Source: Babesia bigemina (lineage: Eukaryota). From it: DNA of 64,000 bases. Of the stretch, positions 34,198-46,254 are shown piece by piece (position 1 is the first letter of the stretch; each line of letters starts with the position of its first letter). The translations under genes were made by a program, and so were the position numbers. The notes under the pieces were generated by a model. The model was not told where the DNA came from. It saw only the letters and a program-made list of their open reading frames with translations, and did not search any database. Where the stretch lies: positions 744,001 through 808,000 of the forward strand of contig NC_027219.1 of assembly GCF_000981445.1 (NCBI RefSeq), written 5' to 3'.

Positions 34198-35805
34198 CTA
34201 CACCATTATCTTTTCAGGCGGCCACGACGTCATCTGCGGCCTAACGTGCTTCATGTGCTTGATGCCGGCGTGCTCCTCGAAGGAGAGGGGCTCGGGCTTG
34301 GACTCGTACGTCTCGCCAGGCAGCTCAGGGAATGCTGACAGAATACGCATCAGCTGCTCTTCTTTCTCCGCCAGTGAGAGCCCGTCCCACTGGTTGCCGT
34401 GGATCACCGCCACGCTGTAGCCGCACTTGCGGAAGATGCGATGACGGAACGAGATCAGCCCACCCTCGACGGGCTCGCCGCTGGGCAGACCCTTCATGTA
34501 GTTGTACTCCAAGCAGAGGCGGCGGTTGGGGAACACGTGGCCAGCGAACAGGCAGTGCTGCTCGTCGTCCTCGCGGCCAATGGAGCAGTTTATCAGCCCC
34601 TCCGTGATGCCAAGGCCCTCCAGAACGGAGTCGACGTCCTTCTGCAGCTGCTCCGACCCCTGGAAAAAATTAAAAGCTGCATGGAACAAAAACTAATAAC
34701 ACACGCCAAACAAATGGGAATACACCAACCTGTGGTTGCGCATGTACCAGAATCTCGTTCAGCCATCGCACGTGCAGCGATTCCTGGAACATGAACGGCA
34801 CGCTGCTCTTAATGGCGATCTCGTTCATGGGCCGCTCAACATCAGTGCAGTACAATGTCAAGTACAGAATGTACTGCGTCCAGCCGCTCAGCGGAAGGGT
34901 TTCCAGGGTCAGGTGCTCACACGCGCGCTCCAGAAATACCGGCAGCGCCGACGTGGAGTTGCTCGGCCTGCGAGGTCAAGTCAGCGTACGCGAACGGGCG
35001 CAGTAACCTACCACTCGTAGCGATTAGTCAGCACCAACGAATACGAAAGCAGCGCCCAATCGAACGGCTTGGCGTCGGAAGGGTCGCGGCGCAGCACCTC
35101 GTTGAAGAGCACGTCAACGATGTTGTTGCCAGATGTGGCGCCGCCGCCGACCCTCGCAATACTCCCCACGGGGGTGTTGTGCAGTCCCAGATACACGCAG
35201 CAAAATATCATGCAACCTAGCGTAGGCAGCCGCCAATTCTGCAACCAATTGCAACGGACAAACTGAAACGTACGTCCAGGTTGCGCTCCACCAAGCTTAG
35301 AATTTCCGAAATCAGCGGCCAGCAACGATAGTCGAGCGCCGTTAAAGCAAACAGCACGCGGGGGGCGTGCCGCGGCTGGAGGTAGCGCTTACGCTCAATC
35401 AGGTCGTATATAAGGTATTTGAACAGCGGCAGGCTGACCAGCGACTGCCTGTCCTTGGGGGACCAAAACGAATTAAACGAGAATGCGTTGCCCAACTGGC
35501 ATAGGCACCGCACGAGCCACGAGTAACAGGGGTAATCGTCCACTGCGATGTAACTGCGATAAAGCCTGGCATGAGATGACGGACGCATGATCGACAACCT
35601 ACTTCAGAATAGAGCGCGGATTCGAGTAGTTAGCCGTCAGGCGCTCAAAGTACACCCGACGTATATCATCGGGAGGGGTGCTGTCGAACACTTTTAACCG
35701 CCGAAGGCTGCGGGGCTCGAAGCTTTCGAGGTACTCACGCGTCGCGACCTGGCCAGTCGCCACCGCAGACTGCAAGGCGCGGAAACTGCGGCTTAAACCA
35801 AGCAT
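34198..35805 (-). CDS. RAP-domain protein (mitochondrial-type presequence), multi-exon
   Basis: N-terminus MLGLSRSFRALQS, helical repeats, and C-terminal RAP-like RLCLEY…FRHRIFRKCGYSVAVIHGNQWDGLSLAEKEEQL. Confidence 0.75.
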
Positions 35806-37189
35806 CGTTCGGAATCCACATCCTCAAAATCTCCGGCGTGCCAAACGCATCGTAAATGTGCGCGGCACATGACCACGCCGTGATCAAAGGCCTCAACACG
35901 CGCACATTTAACACACCCCGAGTTCAAACAAATCTACACGTTACGGCCGAGCATTGTATATGCGTCGAACTGGTCGCGCTGTGTTGCTGCCGTCTTCCAT
36001 GGGCACCCTACGACCTTTACTCAACCAAGCACTGCAGTGGTTGGCAGTCATAGTAAGTCTCACGCCGAATTTTACGCCGTAATATTAGTTCCACCCGCCG
36101 TCGGTTGGCACAAAGACTATGTCTACATTTACAGTTGTCGTGTTCAGCAGCCATCTGCTGACGTGAAGCTGGCGCTGATATCAGTCACGGAGGTCTGTTA
36201 TAAGCCTCGAACGCATGATTCCGCCCGAAGCATGATACCAGGTTACTTGCATATAAGGGCAAGGCAAAGAGCAGAACCTAAAAGAACTCACGTAGACGAA
36301 AATGGCCTAAACAATGCCACCTTGGAGCGGACCAGCAGCAGATGTGTACGTAAAAGCTGATTGTGAAAGAGCATACAGGAACCACGCTATGACGGATTCC
36401 ATCATAGCAAAGAGTTGCGTCATTTGACATGTAACAGAAGGATTCGGTGGACCGTCTATGATAAACGGCAGAATCACACGATACGTATGCAGTCCATCAG
36501 CCAGAAGTTACGCCTTTTATACCATCGCCTGCTAAACACACATACGGCTCATATGAGCAATACGTAGTCTTCGTAAGTGGGTGGAGGCCTATATGGTTGC
36601 GGAATCGCTGCTGCTACCTCAGACGCCACCAACGCACATACGCGTATAGATAATTCCAGTAAAGACAAAGAGTACGGTGGCTTCTCCACGCGGTTTTACT
36701 TGCTGGCAAATATGAATGTGCGTCAGATCACACGTAGAGTGCCTTAATACGCAAATCTCTGCCGGCAGCGCGGTGGAGGACACTGAACACATAACGCACA
36801 TCCTACGGGTCGCTATACGCGTGTAGACAGGCTATCTAAGCGACGCCGCAGAAATAGGTATAGCTAAATGACGTCGCAAAGGCAACACCGTAAAGCGTAC
36901 AAGTAAATACTAGATATACCGCTATGCCGTCGCCATCCCGCCTAGAAGATTGCACATGATATGCCATATTTTGGCGCTGGTGTGGCACCTCGAATACCTA
37001 TCGGCCGAGAAATATCTTTTTACACAACCGCACATGGGCGGAGACGTGGTAGTGGAGCCCGTTAAGAAGACTTCCACTGAGGCAGGGACACACGCCGTAT
37101 ACACCTCACTCCCCAGCGGATACACGGCTGGCGCCAACACCGGACGTTGAAATTATATCGCAAAGCAAGCCGTGTGATCGAATCGCACA

Positions 37190-40100
37190 ATGGAGGCGGT
37201 TCACGGCTTCTTCCTGCCGCTCAGGCTAAGGCCATCGCAGGCCGGAGCGGAGGAGCAGGCCAAGGTGGTCTGGATATCGCACAGGGACGCGAGAACGTCC
37301 GACCCGCACAAGTTGCGTGACATATTTGTCAATGAAAGGGCATCGATGTCACACTGGATTATGTTGGCACTGGCACTCCGCGATGCTGGGCGTGTCGAAC
37401 AATTCGAGACAATCCTAACGGAGATGGAACAGAAGCTGGACGCGAGGGGCGCAGGTACGCCGCGCTCGTGCGGAAGATTCATCAGTTTGCAGGCGCTGAC
37501 GAAAAGTGTAGAGGAAGCATATACGCCGCCCTCGCTTTGCACAACATCACACGGGTAGAGCAAGTGCAGCAAGGCGACGAGGAGCACACAAAACGTGTAG
37601 ATCTGGCGAACCGATATGTGACGTATTGCAAAAGTAGGTGTAATGGCCCGGCCCCGACATTTTGTAGAGCAACTACACTTCTCCTGGCGTATAGCCATGG
37701 GCTACTACCACATCAAGCGCTTCCTGCCCAAGCGACAGAACAACGAACTGATGCGCGCAAGGGAACACTACGGCGCGGCGGTGTCCATGCGACCGCGTAG
37801 CATCATCGCCGCCATGTACCTCGCGAACACCTTCGCCATGGAGAACCAGTTCCAAACGGCGGCGCTGTATTACACAAGGGCGCTGCTTCTATGTAAGCAC
37901 ATTGGCGTCCTGATCACGTTGAGGAGAGAGGCCGCGCAACCCCTAAACGCGGACTATGAGTGCGAGCTGAGGCAGATGGAATTGCAAATAAAGCACCTCG
38001 AGGCCCTGGTGCTGTTCGCGCTCGCATCCTGCAAGTTCTACGAGGGCGACCTCAGCGCAGCGAAGTCGCTGGTGGAGAAGTCACTGGAAACGGAGGAAAC
38101 TTCCGTGGCGTTGCGCCTCAAAGCGGCGGTTTTGACGAATTCCATATTTGAGGTCTCCAATGAAAGTGACGCCGAAGGTTCAGTGCCATCGGCACCAAAC
38201 TCAGCGAGGGAATCCATGTCCTCGCTAATCCAGCAGTGGAACGAGGCCTCGTGCAAAGCCTACATGCTCGATCCGTACAGTCCGTTGGGGCAGCTGCACA
38301 TGTGCGATTTGCTCTTCAGACGGAACCGGATAACGGAGTGCGAGGCCAGGCTGGAGGCGATCGCAGCCTGCAAACTCTCGACGGAACTGCAGGCAGAAGT
38401 GGCCTACAAAGTAGCCAGATGCGCCCATGCACTGGGTGACTGGAAAAGGGCGGTCACGGGCTACAACAACGTACTCGCCATCAGGACGGAATACCTCCCA
38501 GCTCGCATACAGCTCATCAAAGCCTACATCGGCGCGAATGACCTCACGGCAGCCCGTGAGCAGTGCGATTACCTCAACCAGTACAACAACAAGACGCCGG
38601 AGGTGTTGCGACTGAGCGCACACGCGTATATCGCATCGGCCACTGAAATACTGGAAGCTTGCAGATCAAAACTCTTGCAAGCGGAAACTAACCTTGAGGA
38701 TATCGACCTCACCTGCGCCATGACCAACGTGCAGCAGGATGTGAGCCGATTGCTGGACGAGAGGCTATTCAAGGCGCTGGGGATACTGGAGGAGGCGCTT
38801 GTGGCTGAGCCCAACGACGTGCATACCATGGCGTACCTCATCTATTGCCTCGAAATGCTAGTAACGCGTGGACGTGAGAACCTGGCTTACAGGCTTAGGG
38901 AGGTGTACAAGCGATACACGCAACTGCATGGCGGCGCAATGTCGAAGCAGATGCGCAACAACGACGCCGTCATGGCGCTGAAGTTCAGGGAGTTCGGCGA
39001 AGCGGTAGAAAAGCTCGATGCGCTCTGGGAAGAAATCGAAAATTCCGAGGACACTTCTATCGCAATCAAACTAACGGTGCAGTTCAATCTAGCTCTTGCA
39101 CTGGAGGAATCCGGACAGTATGCCAGGGCACACAAGATCTACTCTACACTCACCAAGGAATATCCCAGGTACACGGCAGCATGGCTCAGGAAGAGCGGCA
39201 TGATGTTCAAAAGAGGAGATGTAGAACAGGCGTACAAATACCTGGATCAGCTGAGGCAGCACCACGAGCGGAGCCTGGATCCATGGTTGTTCAAGGCGCA
39301 CCACCTGTTCACCATGGGCCGCTTCGACGAGTGTATAGACAGACTGCGCAAACTCTTCAGGGGCAACGCCGCGGCGGGCTACGACGCGTACGCCAATACG
39401 CTTTTTGCGTGCGCGCTCATCAAGCGCTGCTCGAGGGGGACGTTCGGTTCGCTGCCAACGGACGTGGTTCACTACGCGAGGGCGGGACTCAGAAGGCCGG
39501 GGCTCTGCAATTTCTACGCTGCAAACTGCATCGCAGTGTACCTGGCACACGAAGGACAGCTCAAAACGGCCTACGAATGCTTCGGCATTCTTCTAGAGAG
39601 CCTTGCAACCACCTCGCACATGAAATACGTTGCGCACAAGAACATGGGACTGTTCTGCGCCGCAACAGCGCTGGGCAACGAACGGCGGACCGAAAACGGA
39701 AATTTTGACAAACTAAGGGCAGCGAAAGCACAGCAACACCTGCAGGCGGCACTGTCACTCAACAAGTTGGACGTCAACAACCACCTGGTATATGCACGTT
39801 TCACATACGACGCCCAACGGCTGGATGAATGTATCCAGTTCCTGGAAACGTGCCGCACCCTGTTCCCCAACAACATCAAAATTCTGTACAACCTGGTAAT
39901 CGCACTGGACGCCAAGCTGTGCAAGAACATGAGGAACTCGGACAAGCTCGCATCAGCTACCGAAGTGAACAAAATGCTAACGCAGGCCAACTTCGTCAAA
40001 GCCGCCACAGCGCACCTCATCAGTATACACGAGGAGTACACGAAGATGTCGAAGACGCACCTGCAACAGATAGCTGCACGCGTCACAGAAAAGCTCATAC

Positions 40101-40360
40101 CGCACATGGATAGTGCGCTGCCGCAGCTAGAGGCAGCCGCTACCGCCAAGCAGCGTACCAAGGGCAAGCATCTGGAGTTGCAGCTGTCCATACAGCACGC
40201 GCACGAAGCCAAGCGCCTCGAAAAGGAGATGGAGCAACAGCGGGCCCGAGAGGCCGAAAGCGCACTGTCGGAGCAGCTGCTCAAAGAAGCGTCCGAAATC
40301 GCATCGGAACTCATGTATTCTAGGCCTACGCTCCCGCAGCAGAGTGGGGGCAATCGATAG
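37190..40360 (+). CDS. CTR9: TPR protein, CTR9-like (PAF1 complex)
   Basis: N-terminal IFVNERASMSHWIMLA, many TPR-like repeats, TVQFNLALALEE, YPRYTAAWLR, NFYAANCIAVYLA, and a C-terminal coiled coil. Confidence 0.75.
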
Positions 40361-40745
40361 GGCGCCACACAGCACTGCTGATATGCCCTTATGTTGTGAA
40401 CTAGTGAAAAACGAACCCGGCTCAATGCAGTTCGTCAAATTTGTTACGTGAACTATCCGTGTTGTGGTACATTAGATGTGAATGTTGTGTAAGATGGCGC
40501 ATACGCCAAGTCACGAGCGCCTATGCCGCTTAGTTTAAAGCTGCGGGCGCCGTGGAGTTGGCGGCGGTGGTGTCATCTGCGAAGCAGACCAGGTATGCTG
40601 GGATAATTCGGTTAACCGATACTAAATTATATATGGTGGTGTTTAACGACCTCATATGGCTTTAATTTCCGAGGCGGGTGCAAATTACACCACCTGGTGA
40701 AACCCAGCTGGATATGCGGGACCAATGCGCCTCCGGGGATCGCAT

Positions 40746-41423
40746 TCAACGAGATGCCAACCCGACTCTAATGCGAAGGGTGTTGTTGTCGATTGCTTCT
40801 TCTAGAGGGCAAAATGACTTCAGGGCCGCGAAATAGGGGGTTGACCTGAAGAAGAAGGGGCCCCTGGTGAACTTGCCCACCGAAATGCTTAGGGGACTGT
40901 CCAATGTTGTCCAGTGTTCCTGCTGCAAAAACGACAATGCGATGTGGCCCGGCTTGGAGGACGGCAGACCGTCCAGCCAGAGCCGCAGGATGAAGCCTCC
41001 GATGCCTGCAAACCTGAACCGGCTGGTACGCAGCGGAGGCGATCCAGTTTCGCGGCGACGGAAGCGCAGCTTCTCACGCACGCCACGAACGGTCCATTCT
41101 ACATAGTATTTGCCCACGAAAAAGTCGTCCACGTGCTCCAGCGCGCCGTAAGAATACAACTTCTTCTTCTTGTTTATAATGCGGCCATCACGGTCAATGC
41201 GAGGGCCGGTGAGCACGTCGGTGTCCACGTCCACACCGTCTTCCTCGCCCAGGCCCCTTGCGAAGGTCCGATAGCGTTGTACGCTCGCTGCAGGCGTGCG
41301 GTGATGCAGCGGAGCAAAGGATTCCAGTGCCGTACTTGAGGCGCGTGTCGAGAACGCTGCAGCAGGCGATAAACCACAGGCAGCGCAGCACAGGGCGACG
41401 GCAACGACGCTTGAGACGCGCAT
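40746..41423 (-). CDS. Signal/transit-peptide protein with MATH/TRAF-like domain (possibly apicoplast)
   Basis: Signal peptide MRVSSVVAVALCCAACGLSPAAA and a basic transit-like stretch. VEWTV…LRTSRFRFAG…FILRLWLDG…GHIALSF…DNNTLRIRV follows a MATH-like beta-strand pattern. Confidence 0.6.
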   Translation of the reverse strand: MRVSSVVAVALCCAACGLSPAAAFSTRASSTALESFAPLHHRTPAASVQRYRTFARGLGEEDGVDVDTDVLTGPRIDRDGRIINKKKKLYSYGALEHVDDFFVGKYYVEWTVRGVREKLRFRRRETGSPPLRTSRFRFAGIGGFILRLWLDGLPSSKPGHIALSFLQQEHWTTLDSPLSISVGKFTRGPFFFRSTPYFAALKSFCPLEEAIDNNTLRIRVGLASR

Positions 41424-41735
41424 CAACCTCGCCGAATACGTCTAGACGACATAGGTAGACGTCTGACGATTCCCGACGAGCAATCTCCACCGGCACAAAA
41501 TGTGTGCCCGTGACCGCGGCCGCAACAGCGGTGATTGACGGCAGCAGCAGTGCGGCGACAAATATGCCTGACACTCTGTCTTTATATGCAAGGAATCTGC
41601 AGTGGCAGAGCCCGAAATGAAATGAACGTATCTAGACAACGCATAGGCGCGTGTGGATAAGTGCGACGATTTGATAGGCGAAAGGCGGATACGCGACGAA
41701 AATTGTACTTTGCCTAGCAAAGAGCCTACCTCAAA

Positions 41736-42558
41736 ATGACGGACGAACTCACGGGGAGCCTCAACGACCGAGCAACGGCGAGCAACGCCTCGGAGGTATG
41801 CTCCAACCTCCTCACCAATATACGACTGCTACCGCATCCGATGACCTGCCTCGCCCACATCGCATTCAAAGTCGCCATTGTCATCGCGTGAGTTAGCCCA
41901 ACGAGGTCACGGACAGCTGAGCAGATACTTCATCATGCCGTACGTGTTCGGCTCAATGACAGGAGCATACCCGGACTTCATTCTCACCTTCGAGCTCATA
42001 GGCGTGCTGGCGTTCGCAGACTTCTGGGTGGTGAAGAACTGCACCTCCAGGTGGGTTGACATTGCACAGACGCAAAGATGAGCAGCACCCTTGCCGGGAT
42101 CTCCTGGTACTGCGACTCCACCGTAGCCAACGCGGACACGTTCGTGCATAAGCGGGTCAAGGTAGGAAGCCATCGGGACGACAAAATACGCGCAGGACGA
42201 AATGTTCCTCAACAAGGAGGAGTCGGCGTTTTTCTGGGCAGTGATGTACATTTGGCCCGCGCTCTGGGTGTTGAACGTCGCAGCCCTGATATCAACGTTC
42301 GATATCCCATGGGTAGGCGTGAAAGTATGGTATACGCATAATATCATGCAGCTGGTCGCATCGGGAGTCATTGTAACTTTCGCACTGATCAACCTGGTCA
42401 ACTGCCTCAAGTGCTCACAGGGTAAATGACCGTAGTTGTTAGCACAAATGGTTGTAGATAAACGCGAGAAGGCGTCGAAGCTCACCGGGAAGCTGGCCGA
42501 CAAACTCATGGGCTTCATCACGAGATCGTACATACGGTCGCAGACGATCCCGAACTGA
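41736..42558 (+). CDS. TVP23: Golgi membrane protein TVP23/FAM18 (DUF846), multi-exon
   Basis: HPMTCLAHIAFK, ADFWVVKN, LAGISW, ESAFFWAVMYIWPALW and LINLVNCLKCS. Confidence 0.85.
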
Positions 42559-42757
42559 CAGCACTGCCGCCAATCAACACGCGGGTGCAACTCACAACCC
42601 CGGCAACTTGACATAAAACGAAAATGCATTCGACCAAACGAACATGAAAACGATTAATGTATCAGTCCATATACCTTAATTCGGATATGCTATGCCGCAC
42701 GCCCACTAGGGCGACGTCAGGATAAATGGATAAATATGGAGGACGGAGGTGGGTGAA

Positions 42758-43234
42758 TTACTTGCCACCCTTGCCGGCGTTCTTGTGCTCGCCAATGTTG
42801 ATGGTGATATGGCCGACGCACGCGTGAAGGTCGTCAGCGCAGTGCGCCATGAAGCACTTGACGCAGCCGGGGGATTGGTCACCGGCAATGCACGCACCCT
42901 TGCACTCCTTCATGACGCACTGAGCAGACTGCACGAAGCACGACAAGCATTCCGCTGGGATCTCAGGGTAGCCAGCCTTAGTCAACGTCTTGGTGAACTT
43001 GTTGGTAAGCGGGGTGGTGTCCTTGGCACCGGTTTTGGTGAGGTTGCCCAGCATAAGCTTACGAAGCAGTCCGGCAACCTCCCTACCCCTCTTGAGCGAG
43101 TCCTCCGTCACATTTTCGCTGCTGAAACCGAGAACCTGCACGTGCTCCTCCGAACACCCGGCCTCGACGCGAAGGACGGTGGAAAAAGCCGCGATAGCGC
43201 AGAAAGCAATGGCCAAAATCTTGCTGCAAACCAT
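42758..43234 (-). CDS. Secreted cysteine-rich 12D3-antigen-like protein
   Basis: Signal peptide ending EAGC, and CLSCFVQSAQCVMKECKGAC…GCVKCFMAHC…HACVG, the Cys spacing I recall for Babesia 12D3. Confidence 0.72.
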   Translation of the reverse strand: MVCSKILAIAFCAIAAFSTVLRVEAGCSEEHVQVLGFSSENVTEDSLKRGREVAGLLRKLMLGNLTKTGAKDTTPLTNKFTKTLTKAGYPEIPAECLSCFVQSAQCVMKECKGACIAGDQSPGCVKCFMAHCADDLHACVGHITINIGEHKNAGKGGK

Positions 43235-43819
43235 CTTGAATTTTTTAATTTCAACAGCCGAAAATATAGGGTGCCACGCGCCGCTGGTAACGCCGTGTAT
43301 GTGGGAACGGAATTTACCCAATAGTCGTTCAATGTCGACTGACAGAGATCGCGTCCGGCTGCACACAAAATGACGACGTAAGCCACTGACAAGTGTCAGC
43401 ACTGCTGACACCTACGACGATGTCGTGAATATGCAAACTCAATGCCCGACGACAGCCGAACGAGGTCCAGCGTCCAACAACGCTGCTCCCGATTTAAACA
43501 CACACAGCAAGCGTGCACATAACATAAGCGAATCACACCTAATGCGGTAGAACTTTTGGTTTGACCGAAAATCTTTGTATGCCGTCTCCCGGCGACGTTC
43601 TTTAGCTCGTTTGAGTCGGCCTCTGAGGTCGGCGCAGTTTCCGAACGCTCAGCGGCCTTCTGTCCGGGTTCCGCGGCTAAACACGTGTTAGATATGTCAC
43701 AATGCGGGGTGTGGTGGGGGAGGAGCAATTGAGGCCTCCCGACTCGGCTAACACGGCGGGTCGCGGGCTTGAATACCCGCACTAAGGCAGCCACACGTAC
43801 CAACTTTTCACCTTTAAAA

Positions 43820-46199
43820 ATGGACAGTAGTACGATAGTCAGTGATTTTAAGGAGGGTAGTGAAAAAGCTGCCGTAAGCGTAGTTATCGCCGCTGATGCC
43901 GTCGCGGAACCTGTTGGCGAGGAATCTCCCCAAAGATCACCGGCACCTACGGTAGAGGAACCAGCCACTGAAGAAATTACTTCGCAATCTGCGGGAAGGA
44001 CAGTACACGAAACGGTTACTGAGGAAGGTGTCAAACCATCCCCCGAACCAAGTAGTGAGGAATCTCCCCAAAGATCACCAGCACCTACGGTAGAGGAACC
44101 GGCCACTGAGGAAGGTGTCAAACCATCCTACGAACCAAGTAGTGAGGGCTCTCCCCAAAGATCACCAGCACCTACGGTAGAGGAACCGGCGACTGAGGAA
44201 GTTATCAAACCATCCCCCGAACCAAGTAGTGAGGGCTCTCCCCAAAGATCACCGGCACCTACGGTAGAGGAGCCGGCCACTGAGGAAAATATGCCGCAAT
44301 CTGCGGGACGGACAGTACACGAAACGGTTGTTGCGGAAGGTGTCAAACCATCCCCGGAACCAACAGTCTACGAACCAAGTAGTGAGGGATCACTCCAGCA
44401 ATCTCCACTACGGGAGGTACACGAGCCGCTGACCGTGGAGAGTGTACAACAACCTCCGGAGCCGACTGTGGAAGAGCCAAGTAGTGAGGAATCGTTCCGG
44501 ACGTTGACGAAACCCACGGTAACTGAGGCGACTAGCGCGATGACACCAGAAAAATCTCCGGAACCGACGGTAACCGAGCCGGAGGAAAAGGAGAATGTCA
44601 CAAAACAGCCGTCACAAGTGGAAACAGGTACGCTGTTAAATAAAACGAACACACGCCCTCAGCCGTGGAGATCGAACAGCAAAAGCCGAAACACTATCAC
44701 CTCGACGAGATACAGTTAGTGCAACCGTCAGAATCAATAAGGCAATAATAGGGATGCTATCAAGGTCAACGGTGTATATGCGGAGGAGCAGGACCTGGAA
44801 TGGACCGACCTCATGCTCTCGCCCTCGCTGCTCAGAGGTGTGCAGCATAAGGGGTTCATCAAGCCTTCGCGCATCCAGCAAATTGCACTGCCCCTCATAA
44901 CGAACAGCAGGTACGGTCTAAGGTGATGACAACTTAACGCCACGCAGCACCAACCTTATAGCGCAGGCCAAAAATGGCTCGGGAAAAACCGCCACATTCT
45001 CCCTTGCGTTGCTCTCCTGTGTAAATGAAAATATGCCAGCGATCCAGGTGAGTGCACAATCGCCAACACCACGGCCATATGCCGCAGGGGGTCTGTCTTT
45101 GTCCAACGAGGGAGCTCGCCGTGCAAAACGTGCAAGTGCTGGCGCAACTGGGGAAATTCACGCGGATAAAGTATTTCATAGGCGTACCGCAGTGTGTCCC
45201 GTATGGTCGTGGCGAGGAGTACCACATTTACGTCGGAACCCCGGGAAAGACACTGGAGTTCATTCGGAAACGCACCATCGATTTCCAGAACACGCGGATG
45301 ATCGTCCTGGACGAAGCAGACGAGCTTGTCAACCCAGATAACAACATGGGACCACAGGTCATGCAGTTTAGGCTTTCTTTCAGGCACCCTGTGCAAATTC
45401 TGCTCTTCTCAGCCACCTTCTCGGAAGAGGTGCAAAAGTTCGCACAACGCATGGCGCCAGACGCCAATATGATTCAGGTAGGGCTACGGGTGCTTATATG
45501 CAAAGTAACTTGCAGGTTAAACGCCAACAGCTGACCCTGGATTGCATTCAGCAGCACTACATGGTCTGCTCTGACGACGATGACAAATTCAACAAACTCT
45601 GCGAGTTGTATGCGAGCATGATCATCGGACAGTCGGTCATTTTCGTGAATTCCAGGAACACGGCGTTCGACGTCTCGCTCAAGATGCGCGAACAAGGGTA
45701 TGGCGAAATATTACCAAAGTTGCATGACGCTCAGCCACGCCGTGTCGCTGCTTTGCGGCTCCATGTCTAAACAAGCAGGGAGCAACTCGATGGGGCCGGA
45801 AATCAGGGACCGCATCATGCGCGAATTCAAGGATGGAGAAACGAAGGTGCTCATTTGCACGGACGTGCTGGCCCGTGGTATCGACGTGCCGCAAGTCACG
45901 CTGGTTGTCAACTACGAGCTGCCTTTCCTCTACTCAGGGTCGGCGCGATTCTCCAGGGACAGGAAGATTGCTATGGTAGGCGCCCCTCTCGTCTACACAC
46001 CATGCTGTTACAGGAAACCTACCTGCACAGAATCGGAAGGACTGGTCGCTTTGGCGCCAAGGGAATGGCCATCAATATGATCAACCCGAACGAAATGTAC
46101 CTGATAGATTCCATCAAAGAGTACTACGAGTGCAACATTGAGCCTCTGGAGTGCGACCCGGAGTCGATAGAAGACTTGCTGCGCAATATACGGTCGTAA
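43820..46199 (+). CDS. DBP5: DEAD-box RNA helicase DBP5/DDX19 with long acidic repeat N-terminus, multi-exon
   Basis: Q motif [56 protein letters not shown] and [12 protein letters not shown]. The repeat exon joins in frame via introns 44628-44662 and 44715-44751. Confidence 0.9.
43919..44390 (+). repeat. Coding tandem repeat, 87-bp unit ([29 protein letters not shown]), about 4 copies
   Basis: Cores start at 43919, 44057, 44144 and 44231. Copies 1 and 4 carry an extra [11 protein letters not shown] segment. Confidence 0.93.
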
Positions 46200-46254
46200 A
46201 CGCTGGTTTAAAAACTCACATAATATGTAATAGCAAAGCACAATAATATGACCA

